Positions 17,199 to 26,036 of a DNA stretch of 64,000 bases are shown in pieces. The stretch comes from a virus. The notes beneath the pieces were generated by a model that saw only the letters and a list, made by a program, of their open reading frames with translations, had not been told where the DNA came from and ran no database searches. The stretch's first letter is position 1. Each line of letters begins with the position of its first letter. The stretch spans positions 1-64,000 of IMG/VR virus record IMGVR_UViG_3300045256_000188. One strand, written 5' to 3'. A program made the translations under genes and the position numbers.

Positions 17199-18845
17199 TT
17201 ACAGGTTGCTGACTGTTACCACGCCATAGTACAGACCACCATCTTCGATCAGCTTCTTCCCATAGCGGGTCATAATACCCTTGTTCGGCGTGAAGGAGTT
17301 CGGGTCGAGTACGGTAGGAGTACTCAGGAGGGGGATATAGGGAGCATAGAAGTAGCCCGCGTCGAGCACCGAGTTCCCCTTGAAGCCCATCAGAATCTTG
17401 CAGTTCGGGAACAGCGGGTCCTTGTAGATCTTCATCTTGCCCTGGATCGAGCCGATGTTCATGATCCCGATGTCCACGCCCTCGGTGGTGAAGGCGTCGG
17501 AGGCACGGAAGTCGTTCAACTGCTCGAACTTGGACGCGATGTCCGCCGACATCACCATCCAGTTGGCCGGGCCGCGGAGGGTGGTCCGGTGGATGATGTT
17601 CGCCACTTCCAGGACCTTGTACATCAGGGCGATGTTGCGGTCCGTGAAGTTGACGCTCGCCCCGGCAGCGGTGGCGAAGTTGTGGTCGGCTCGGATCGCC
17701 GCAGCGATGATGAGGTCGTTGATGATCTCACGATCGATCTCGGCCACCATCTCGTCGGCCATCAGGTCGGTCAGGGTGGACTCAGCGTCGATGTTGTGCA
17801 CCGACTTGAGGTCCTGAGCGGCTTCCAGCGACCAGGAGGTCTTCAGCTTGCGGGTGATCGCAGCGACCGAATCACTGTCGATGCTCAGGGTCACTTCCGG
17901 CTGGAAGGGGTTGGCTTCCAGGTCGTACTCGTAGTTGACGCGGGCCACGGCCCCGACCGGGAAGGACCCAGCGGACAGGGTGACCTGGACGGCACCGGTC
18001 GAGTGGTTGAAGGTAGTCGCACCGGGAGTGCTGACGTCCACCGTCAGGGTGTCGGTGAACTCGGTGCAGTCGCCGACCAACACGACGTCAGGGTTGCCGT
18101 CGCTGTCGAAGCTCACCCGGAGGCACGGCGTGGCGTCGTCGCAGTTCGGGCTGGCGTCGGCGGCGGAGGCGAAAACCTCGACCACGACGGTGCCGGCCAG
18201 GACCGGACGGTGAGCCAGGGTCGCGGACACCACCGAGTTACCGGTGATCGTCGCGTCCTCGCCCCGGACTTCCTGCGAGGAGTAGTATGGGTCGAGAGCC
18301 CAGCCGTTCTGACGAGCGAAGCTCTGGGCGGTGTTCTGCCGCATGATCTGCGTGCCGGCGACCGTCTGGCCCTTCGTCAGAGCGTAGCGGTACCGGATGT
18401 AGAAGATCAGGCTGGCCGGCTGGCTCATCGGCTGGACGCCGACGAGGTTGTCCGCGATCAGCTTCGGGTACGACTTCCGGATCAGCGGCAGGGCGAACCG
18501 GGTGAAGTCGGCGATGTTCGCGGTGGTGGTCTGGTCTTCGAACAGCAGCGACCGCTTCTCCGGGTTCCAGGCGTTGAACTGGTTCTCCAGGATGGAGGCC
18601 ATCAGCCCGAACTTTTGGGGGCCGACTTCGCGGCACTTACTCAGAACCGGCGACCACTTGCGGACGAGTTGGTTCTTCTTCGACTCATGGATGACGGCGG
18701 CCTTGTGCAGGTCCGTCTCCTCGGTCAGCATACGACTGCCACGATTGACCCCTTCAGCGAGGTGCCGGCGAGCAGCGGGGGCAGCGGCCCGTGCTGCGGG
18801 AGCAGCCGGACGAGCAGCGAACCGTTGCGTGCGAGAAGGAAGCAT
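17199..18845 (-). CDS. Major capsid protein, T4 gp23-like
   Basis: KWSPVL, LPLIRK.YPKLIA..LVGVQPM..PA.LIFY, TRKLKTSWSLEAAQDL, EIDREII, GYFYAPYIPL, KGIMTRYG. Confidence 0.95.
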   Translation of the reverse strand: MLPSRTQRFAARPAAPAARAAAPAARRHLAEGVNRGSRMLTEETDLHKAAVIHESKKNQLVRKWSPVLSKCREVGPQKFGLMASILENQFNAWNPEKRSLLFEDQTTTANIADFTRFALPLIRKSYPKLIADNLVGVQPMSQPASLIFYIRYRYALTKGQTVAGTQIMRQNTAQSFARQNGWALDPYYSSQEVRGEDATITGNSVVSATLAHRPVLAGTVVVEVFASAADASPNCDDATPCLRVSFDSDGNPDVVLVGDCTEFTDTLTVDVSTPGATTFNHSTGAVQVTLSAGSFPVGAVARVNYEYDLEANPFQPEVTLSIDSDSVAAITRKLKTSWSLEAAQDLKSVHNIDAESTLTDLMADEMVAEIDREIINDLIIAAAIRADHNFATAAGASVNFTDRNIALMYKVLEVANIIHRTTLRGPANWMVMSADIASKFEQLNDFRASDAFTTEGVDIGIMNIGSIQGKMKIYKDPLFPNCKILMGFKGNSVLDAGYFYAPYIPLLSTPTVLDPNSFTPNKGIMTRYGKKLIEDGGLYYGVVTVSNL

Positions 18846-18933
18846 CGGAATCTCCTAGTTTCGTTCGTTGTGACTCAGTAGCTTACGTGTTGGAAACTCA
18901 CAGTACCCCATTTTTGCTTGGGGGACTAAGAGT

Positions 18934-19689
18934 TTAGATCAGGTCCTCGTCGATCTGCTCGGCGATGTCGGCAATGCCGAACCCGCCACGGTTCCCCTGC
19001 TGCCGGGTGTTACCACCCTGGGCCGGGGCCGCTTGACGACGATCCTGATTCTCAACGATGGTCGGCCGACTTGTCACCGGCCGAGCGGCCCGACGGGTCC
19101 CGTCGATCCGCTGCTGCCCCCGGGGGGCCCCACGCCCCTCAGTCACAGGTTGCTTTCCACCGCTGCCCTGGGACTTCAGCCTAGCGTTCTCGGTGACCAA
19201 CTCGCGGTTACGGCTCAGCACCTTCTCGGCGATGGCGTTCCGCTTGTTGGCGAGAGCGATGGCCTGATCCCGTTCTTCCGTTAGCTGCTGGATCTTCTGC
19301 TTCGCCTTCTCGATGACGGCTGGAAGTTGCCCGTTCTGGCTGGCACCATTCGACTCCACCTGCACACCCTCAAGAAGGGACTTCAGTTTACGGAGCTTGG
19401 TCACAGCCTCGGACTCGTTCAGGGCCGACTGACGCTGGAGATGAGCATCGATCGCAGCACTCTTCGTCTCCAGGAAGACCTGGAGCCGGCGGGCCAGTTC
19501 CCGCTTGTGGGCTTCCGTTTCCTCAATGCAGACCTTCTTGGCCTGCTCCACCTTTGCGGTGTAATCCGCCTCATACTGCTCACGGATGGTGGTCTTGTAC
19601 TGCTCCAGGGACTCGCCGATTGAAGCGACGAGTTCCGCTTTGCAGCCCGCCTTGGTCAGCAGGTCCAAGATCTTCTGGCTCATGATCAA
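18934..19689 (-). CDS. Prohead core/scaffold protein (gp22-like)
   Basis: Coiled-coil protein between protease and capsid; several (L/V/I)xE sites; GGAGGAG RBS. Confidence 0.7.
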   Translation of the reverse strand: MIMSQKILDLLTKAGCKAELVASIGESLEQYKTTIREQYEADYTAKVEQAKKVCIEETEAHKRELARRLQVFLETKSAAIDAHLQRQSALNESEAVTKLRKLKSLLEGVQVESNGASQNGQLPAVIEKAKQKIQQLTEERDQAIALANKRNAIAEKVLSRNRELVTENARLKSQGSGGKQPVTEGRGAPRGQQRIDGTRRAARPVTSRPTIVENQDRRQAAPAQGGNTRQQGNRGGFGIADIAEQIDEDLI

Positions 19690-19739
19690 GACTCCTCCGC
19701 GAGCAGTTCGAGGTATATTTGCGTGAGGTCAGTTAGTTT

Positions 19740-20256
19740 AGGATGTACTTCGCGAGTATCCCCGCCAGACACCCTTTACCATCCACGGAGGTCAACGCCT
19801 CATAATGGATTTTTGACGACAACCCCCAATTTCTTCAGCACACCAGCCAGCCGACGATCGAACCACTCAGAATGCGGAGCCCACCACTTCTGGGCCTCCC
19901 GGGTGTTCGCCGATGATCTTGCAAGCAGCTACACCTGATGCTTGGTAAGGAGAAGCAGGACGCGATGAAGAAGTTGGGCGGTGGGAAGCCGCATCCGATG
20001 CAGACGGCGATGGGTTAGTGAGTGGTGTTCTCGTCGCCGTAGCACATCCGCCCTTGTGTGGTGTAGATGAACGCCACCGAACCCGGCTTCAGGAACAGAG
20101 AATCCGGGTTCTGGTAGTCCCGATGGTGCCCCGCCAGTTCGTTTTCGTTCGGCTTCTCGGCATTTGACCCAGAAGACGATGGGATTTGTCAGTCAGGATT
20201 CGGAATTGCCCGGAGAGGACGTACCCGGCTTTCCCGAATTTGGCGAAGAGAGCCCA
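19740..20256 (-). pseudogene. Degraded coding-like sequence of unknown origin
   Basis: 500-bp gap in the head operon with short codon-like stretches (HHRDYQNPDSLFLKPGSVAFIYTTQGRMCYGDENTTH*) broken by stops. Confidence 0.35.
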
Positions 20257-20258
20257 TA

Positions 20259-22214
20259 TTAGCTCCGACGAGATGGCAGCCGGACGGGAACAGTCACCTT
20301 CTTGCGGTCCAACCCGAAATAGCCGTTGATCTCCTTGACGAGAAGGTCGTTGTAGACATCCTCGCTGAAGAGCTTCTTCTGCTGAACGATTGGCTTGATC
20401 CGCCGGTTAAGTCCTTCCTGAATGTTCAGGATGGCCCCATGCACCGACGGCTCCGCCACCACATCCCAGGTCACGAAAGTGTAACCCGGCATGACCCGGT
20501 AGACGTCCCGACCCTTGTGCTCCATCACTTCCATGTCGCCCACGCCGCGGGACGAGATACCGACGCGAACCTTGTGCTCGAACAGACCACGAAGCATCGC
20601 CCCACATGGCAGCTTGTGGAGCACTTCGGCTTCGCCATACACCTTCTTCCCCTCCAACCACACCTTGGTCATCAGGTGGGACAGGCGGTCGAGGTGAATC
20701 TTGGCATCGGAGTTACCGGTCCAGAATGAACAACCACCGGTTTCCATATAGAAATTGCCGTGGTCCACCGAAACGCAATAAATCCGACCGGTATGGTGGA
20801 TCTTCTCGATGATAGTAAACCGCGGATCTAGACAAACCGATCGCGTCCGCGACACATGAAGCTGATGAAGGGTCCGCTTGTCAACAGCCCGAATGGCTCG
20901 GCCGGCGAACATATAATCATTGCTCGGCTCAACCTTCGACAGCCGGCCGGCACCACCAACTTTGACCAAGCACTCATGCAGGTCCCGAATCAGTCGTTCG
21001 GACACGCTGGACACAGCCAGCCTGCTGTACACCCCTAAATCGAGTTTCTGGACCACAGCGGCGTCAGTCTTGACACTTAGCGAGCGGGAATGACGATCCT
21101 CGGCCCGTAGCATCCGACCGTCGCCAATCGCGAAAGAGTAGATCAGAGCTTCAAGACAATCATCCGACAACGACTTGATATCTTCGGGAATGAATTTATC
21201 GGCAACGCCACCTAGACGGCGTAGCCAATTCGCCAGCCGTGCATCGTTCGTGAGGAACCCGCGTTTGCAGGGGGTCCACTGCAGTTCATTTGACACCCCA
21301 TCTAGAATTTCAGACACCAATTTGCGACCATGTGGCGTCTTTTGAGCAATACAAACCCCATTACGACCATTCAGATTGCCCTTGGATAGATAAAGACCCA
21401 ACAACAGACAGAATTGCCTTGCGTCCATTACCAGAGGGTTGACGAGATGTGGCTTCTTGAGTTTAAAGGCGTAGGCAGCTTCTACACCAGGGATAGTGTA
21501 CAAAGATGACTGTGCCACTTTCCTACTAGCGGTCTTTGGGATGCGATAATGAGCGTAGCGTTTCCGGTTTAAGTATACGTCCTCGATGGTGGCGTAGATC
21601 TGGTGGCCGTGGCGGTCCTCCAGAAGCAGTCGATGTCCCGGCGTATACGAATCGCTGATGTTGGCGTTATGAATCCTATATGCAGGACCATCGTACGGCT
21701 CGTCGATTATCGCGTTGACCCGCGATTCCACGAACGAACCGGCGACCCGCGACCAAATCCGGTCACCCACCCGAACTTCTCGGAACTCCTTCCATCCGGA
21801 GGTGGTCATCAAACGGAAGTTTGTATCCAATCGGCAAGGGTGGTCAAATTCACCGGGGACAGCACGAGCCGCCACATCCTCCTGGATATTGCGGACCGCA
21901 GGGATCAGCACATCCTGAGTGCCGTAGAACCGGCCGTTGGCGTTCTCGACGTCACCGTTCTGGATCAGCCCGCTGATCTTCATGATCGGCTCTTCCCGGC
22001 CACCGACCCCCTCGCAGATGGACTGCTTGATGTCCATCACTTCGAATGGGAAAGTGTCCCGGATTAGCTGCATCCCAGCGGGAATGACGCCAGTCTCGGC
22101 GATCAACGCACGGTTGATCACACCCGACTGGAGCCGGGTGTTCTTGTCTTCGGAGAGAACGCCCTGGCGAACTAGGCCGGGGCTGATTCCCATTACGCGA
22201 CGGCTAGGTAACAT
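20259..22214 (-). CDS. Prohead maturation protease, T4 gp21-like, with one intein
   Basis: NANGRFY, GEFDHP|intein|SDAKIHL..SH, VGISSRGVG, WDVVAEPSVHGA. Confidence 0.9.
   Translation of the reverse strand: MLPSRRVMGISPGLVRQGVLSEDKNTRLQSGVINRALIAETGVIPAGMQLIRDTFPFEVMDIKQSICEGVGGREEPIMKISGLIQNGDVENANGRFYGTQDVLIPAVRNIQEDVAARAVPGEFDHPCRLDTNFRLMTTSGWKEFREVRVGDRIWSRVAGSFVESRVNAIIDEPYDGPAYRIHNANISDSYTPGHRLLLEDRHGHQIYATIEDVYLNRKRYAHYRIPKTASRKVAQSSLYTIPGVEAAYAFKLKKPHLVNPLVMDARQFCLLLGLYLSKGNLNGRNGVCIAQKTPHGRKLVSEILDGVSNELQWTPCKRGFLTNDARLANWLRRLGGVADKFIPEDIKSLSDDCLEALIYSFAIGDGRMLRAEDRHSRSLSVKTDAAVVQKLDLGVYSRLAVSSVSERLIRDLHECLVKVGGAGRLSKVEPSNDYMFAGRAIRAVDKRTLHQLHVSRTRSVCLDPRFTIIEKIHHTGRIYCVSVDHGNFYMETGGCSFWTGNSDAKIHLDRLSHLMTKVWLEGKKVYGEAEVLHKLPCGAMLRGLFEHKVRVGISSRGVGDMEVMEHKGRDVYRVMPGYTFVTWDVVAEPSVHGAILNIQEGLNRRIKPIVQQKKLFSEDVYNDLLVKEINGYFGLDRKKVTVPVRLPSRRS
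20712..21836 (-). mobile_element. Intein (LAGLIDADG) in the prohead protease
   Basis: CRLDTNF...TPGHR...IYCVSV..GNF..WTGN|S. Confidence 0.9.
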
Positions 22215-22227
22215 TGCGACTCTCCTT

Positions 22228-22580
22228 GTGAACTACCCTACCCTCTGCTCGCTCTCGCTCACAGAGAGGTGGTGGCTTCGGGTTTCACTGAGAACTGCTT
22301 CCTTGCGGAAGGCTGACGCTTCTCTCCACCCGCTAACCCCGTAGTTCCTACGGTTCTTTTTCCTTCCATCAAGATGTTCTTCGCCGCGTTAAAGTCCCTG
22401 TCATGCTCCACCCGACATCCCGGACACACCCAAGACCGGTCGGACAAAGTGAGGGGCTCGTTGACGAAACCACCTTTTCGCTCGCTCTCTGGACTTCGAC
22501 CCCTTCACCTTCCGGGACAACTCCCGATGCAGGCGCTTCAACCGCCGCTCCAACGTCCTGTACGGCTTGATGGCGGGCCA
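22228..22580 (-). mobile_element. tnpB: Internally deleted IS200/IS605 tnpB remnant with omega-RNA/right end
   Basis: KPYRTLERRLKRLHRELSRKVKGSKSRERAK joined to GFVNEPLTLSDRSWVCPGCRVEHDRDFNAAKNIL, then scaffold ending GGGTAGTTCAC. Confidence 0.85.
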
Positions 22581-22586
22581 GGAAGG

Positions 22587-25500
22587 TTACTCGTCAGAGC
22601 CCTTCTTGGCGACTGGAGGGTTGGTGCCGCTGCCGTCATCGACCTTCAGATCCGGCCCGATACCATCGAGCTTGTCATCGGTCTTGCCGGGCACCTTCAC
22701 GTCCGGCATCTTCCTCTTGTTGTCCTTCAGCGGGGCCGTGTACTTCGAAGAGGCCGGGGACGTCATGTCCTTGTCTTCGAAGTGAACCCTGTCATCTTCC
22801 GAGCCAGCGGGAGCGGGCTTGGCGGCCGGCTTCTCGGCCGGGGCCGCGGGCTTGGTAGGAGCGGGTTCCATCGCACCGCCCTGGGCCTCGAAGTCCGGCA
22901 TTGCCTCTTCGCCAGCACCACCGTTCGGGTCGAGGCCATCCTCCCCGCCACCGGTCTGAGCCTGGGCCGGTTCCGAACCCGCGGCAGCCGGGTCAGTCGC
23001 ATCCACCGGAGCCATACCATCGTCGGCACCGGCATCCATCCCGCCACCGGCGGTGTCAAGGCCACCATCACCGCCACCCTGGTCAGCCAGTTCCTGAACT
23101 TCGACGTCCGGGGTTACCTCCACCGACAGCGAGCCGTCCGGCCCGGCGGTGATCTTGGCGACAGCCTCCTCCAGAGCCCGGTCCTCAGCGTCCGAGATCG
23201 GCCGGAGTTGCTCCAGGGAGTTGGCCAGCCAGCCCACGAACCGGGAGCCATCACCCTCGGTCATGTTGGCCGCGGCGAAAGCGTCCTCGACCAGGTCCTG
23301 CGGCACTGGGATCTCGACCGCCCCGTCTTCCGACAGGATGACCGGCTCCAATCCGGTGTCACCACCGTGATCGAAGATGAACTTCACCCCGGCCATCTCA
23401 CCCAAGACAGCATCATCCTGCGAAACCCCCCAGATGATACCCTCGGCGACAGCCCGCTTCACGTTGATGCGGCCCTCGTTCGTGGAGCCACCTGCCCGGC
23501 TGGGCTTCGGAACCTCACGTTCCAGGTTGGACCGGGCGAAGCCGCGGGGCCGACGGACCGGGATCTTGTACTGATCCTCGTCCACGCACCCGTCGTCCTC
23601 GTGCTCGTCGTCCTCGTGCTCGTCGTCCTCGTGCTCGTCGTCCTTCTTCTTGTCCTTCTTGAGCCAGGGCTTCTCCCACTCCTCAGAAAAGGCGTTGACA
23701 ACCTGTTCGAGAGCCTTGGGCATCTTCCCTTCGGGAATCCGCAGGCCAATGGCCTTGATACTGGCCCTGGCCATGTTCTCCAGGTTCTCGCCCAGGGCCT
23801 TGCCGACGAGCTTGTGCTCGGTGGCCAGACGCCGCATGATGCGGATGATCTTGTCGAGGTCGCCCTCGTCGGTGATCACCGGGGCACCGTAATCGGTGAA
23901 CCGCAGCCCTTCGTTGACGATGAATTCGCCCTTCTTCACGGCGTAGGGGTCCGAGTTTTCGGCTAGGAAGTCGCCGTCCCGTTCCAGACCCTGCATCAGC
24001 GGCTGAGCACGGGGAGCCAAAGGAGCCCCGCCTGGGGCCGGAGGAGCCCCGCCGGGAGCCGGAGGAGCCCCGCCGGGAGCGGGAGCACCACCCGGAGGCG
24101 GCGGAGCCCCGCCACCGCCGCCCAGAAGGGCGTCGAGTTCCGGATCGCCCGCACCACCCGCGGCCGGGTCCCCACCCGGCGGCGGAGCACCGCCAGCAGC
24201 GGCTGGATCGCCACCCGCGGCGGATGTACCACCGATCTGGATGAGCGGACTGTTGATGTTGATGACCGGGGCACCCTGCCCGCCGCCACCTATATCGATT
24301 GCCCCGCCACCCGGAGCCATCGGGTCCATGCCTTCCATGTCGCCCGGTATCTGATCGAAGTTGCCCATCGTCTCGGCCGCCCCCAACTCCTCCTGGATGG
24401 TGGCGATGAGGTCTTCGGCCTCGTAGATGGCAGCGTCGTCAAAGTTCCGCTGCTTGAGCCGGTTGATGAGCCCGTTCAGCTTGGACGACAGTTCGTGAGA
24501 CTCCTTGATCTTCGGGGTCTTGTTTCGCAGCACGTCCAGGGTCGTGGCCAGGGCTTCAGCCGCCACTTCCCGGTTACTGATGGCCTCGAAGATGAGGGTT
24601 AGAAACTTGTTGTAGGTCGCCTCAAAGTTCTTGGCGTTCTCCAGTATGTTGACGTTCTCGGCGAGCACCGGGTGTTCGGACTTACGAGCGATGTTCTTCC
24701 ACTCCTCGACGATCTTGGCCTTGTTGACCTTGATGTTGGTGCGGTAGAACAGAGTCGCCGTGTCGTCGCACAGTTGCTGGTTGAAGACGGCCTTGGCTGC
24801 CAGAGCGTTCTCGACCAGGGTCTGCGTCTGGCTGCGGGTCAGGAGAGTGAATTCCTCCATCTCATCCAGGAACCCGGCGAGCCCCTTGACGGCTTCTTCA
24901 ATCTTGTTCTCGGAGATAAGCTTAGCTGCAGTGTAGATCCGGTCCTGGAACCCCTGGCTCCAGTAGGCGTTCTTGGCCGACTCCAGCATTCGCCGGGCGA
25001 CGAGCTTGCGTGCGGCCCACTTGGTCACAGGTAGCTTGACCTGCTCTTCACCGAAGGAGGCAGAGGTGACGTGGCCGTTCTCGACAATCACTCGGTCACG
25101 GAGAGACTCCACGATGGCGCTGACCAACCGGTCTTTCACGTCCTCGCCGATCTCGTCGCCCTTGCTGATGGTGATGCGCCGCAGCACCCCATCCTTGCAC
25201 TTGACCATGCCGGATTCGGGGACGACGCGAGAGGAGAACCGCTGGCTCTTAAGCCGGTTGAAAGCGGTCGCCATCTCCTTCTGGTCATTGGCTTCCAGAG
25301 CGTTGATGAGCCGCAAGGCACTCTCACTGAAGAGTTCCTGCTTCTCACCCTCCACCACCACGACCGGTCGGATGTTGGTGATGTTCACCTTCCCGTGGTC
25401 CCGGCTGTGCTCGGCCACGTAGTAGGTGTGGGTATCCTGGTCCTCAATGAACAGTTCCTTGGCATGAAGGGCAGCTAGACGCCAGTCCTTACCGGCTTGA

Positions 25501-25616
25501 GCACCCATTTCCCGGACACGCTCTTCAAAGAACGCGACCTTGGCCTGAGCGGAATCGTTTAGGTGACCAAGAAATTTGCGGCTGTCCATGATAACCGCTG
25601 CAACCGACTTGCTCAT
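22587..25616 (-). CDS. Large acidic prohead core/internal head protein
   Basis: 1009 aa between portal and protease; many (L/I/V)xE sites; Gly/Ala/Pro linkers; EHEDD x3 repeat. Confidence 0.65.
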   Translation of the reverse strand: MSKSVAAVIMDSRKFLGHLNDSAQAKVAFFEERVREMGAQAGKDWRLAALHAKELFIEDQDTHTYYVAEHSRDHGKVNITNIRPVVVVEGEKQELFSESALRLINALEANDQKEMATAFNRLKSQRFSSRVVPESGMVKCKDGVLRRITISKGDEIGEDVKDRLVSAIVESLRDRVIVENGHVTSASFGEEQVKLPVTKWAARKLVARRMLESAKNAYWSQGFQDRIYTAAKLISENKIEEAVKGLAGFLDEMEEFTLLTRSQTQTLVENALAAKAVFNQQLCDDTATLFYRTNIKVNKAKIVEEWKNIARKSEHPVLAENVNILENAKNFEATYNKFLTLIFEAISNREVAAEALATTLDVLRNKTPKIKESHELSSKLNGLINRLKQRNFDDAAIYEAEDLIATIQEELGAAETMGNFDQIPGDMEGMDPMAPGGGAIDIGGGGQGAPVININSPLIQIGGTSAAGGDPAAAGGAPPPGGDPAAGGAGDPELDALLGGGGGAPPPPGGAPAPGGAPPAPGGAPPAPGGAPLAPRAQPLMQGLERDGDFLAENSDPYAVKKGEFIVNEGLRFTDYGAPVITDEGDLDKIIRIMRRLATEHKLVGKALGENLENMARASIKAIGLRIPEGKMPKALEQVVNAFSEEWEKPWLKKDKKKDDEHEDDEHEDDEHEDDGCVDEDQYKIPVRRPRGFARSNLEREVPKPSRAGGSTNEGRINVKRAVAEGIIWGVSQDDAVLGEMAGVKFIFDHGGDTGLEPVILSEDGAVEIPVPQDLVEDAFAAANMTEGDGSRFVGWLANSLEQLRPISDAEDRALEEAVAKITAGPDGSLSVEVTPDVEVQELADQGGGDGGLDTAGGGMDAGADDGMAPVDATDPAAAGSEPAQAQTGGGEDGLDPNGGAGEEAMPDFEAQGGAMEPAPTKPAAPAEKPAAKPAPAGSEDDRVHFEDKDMTSPASSKYTAPLKDNKRKMPDVKVPGKTDDKLDGIGPDLKVDDGSGTNPPVAKKGSDE

Positions 25617-25625
25617 GATGACCTC

Positions 25626-25999
25626 TTAACGGGTGGCTTCCTGAACGCCGTTGTCTGCCCTTTGGTTACCCCGCTCTCCCCAATGGAGTTTGCGGTGGCA
25701 ATTAGAACAGAGTTGTCGGCACTTCTTAATTTCACCAGTAATCCGCTCCATACTGTAGCGTTTGCGAACAGCTACAGAGATGGAGAACTCCTTGACTTGC
25801 GGATCGGTATGGTGGAAGTCAATCACCGCCGGGTGATCTTCTCCGCAGGCATCACAGGCCAACTCGATCCCTTGAGTGGCCAAACAAACGAAAATTTTTT
25901 GCAAGTAGTCTGCAATCCATCGTAACGGCTTCAATTACTCGCAAAACACGACCTATCGAGACAACTATCACAATCGGGGCAGTGCTTCTCGTCCGGCAT
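25626..25999 (-). pseudogene. HNH endonuclease, disrupted
   Basis: C-terminal CDACG..DFHH..EIKKCRQLCSNCHRKLH; upstream MPDEKHCPDC..F.SN*SRYDGLQTTCK zinc finger lies in another frame with an internal TGA. Confidence 0.7.
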
Positions 26000-26036
26000 C
26001 AGCACACCCTCCATTACTAATTTTGACAAAGGTGGC

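Noticed and set aside
23590-24200. Short tandem repeats as a possible CRISPR array
   Set aside because: In-frame coding repeats (EHEDD, GGAPPAP) without unique spacers; no cas genes or array seen in the window.
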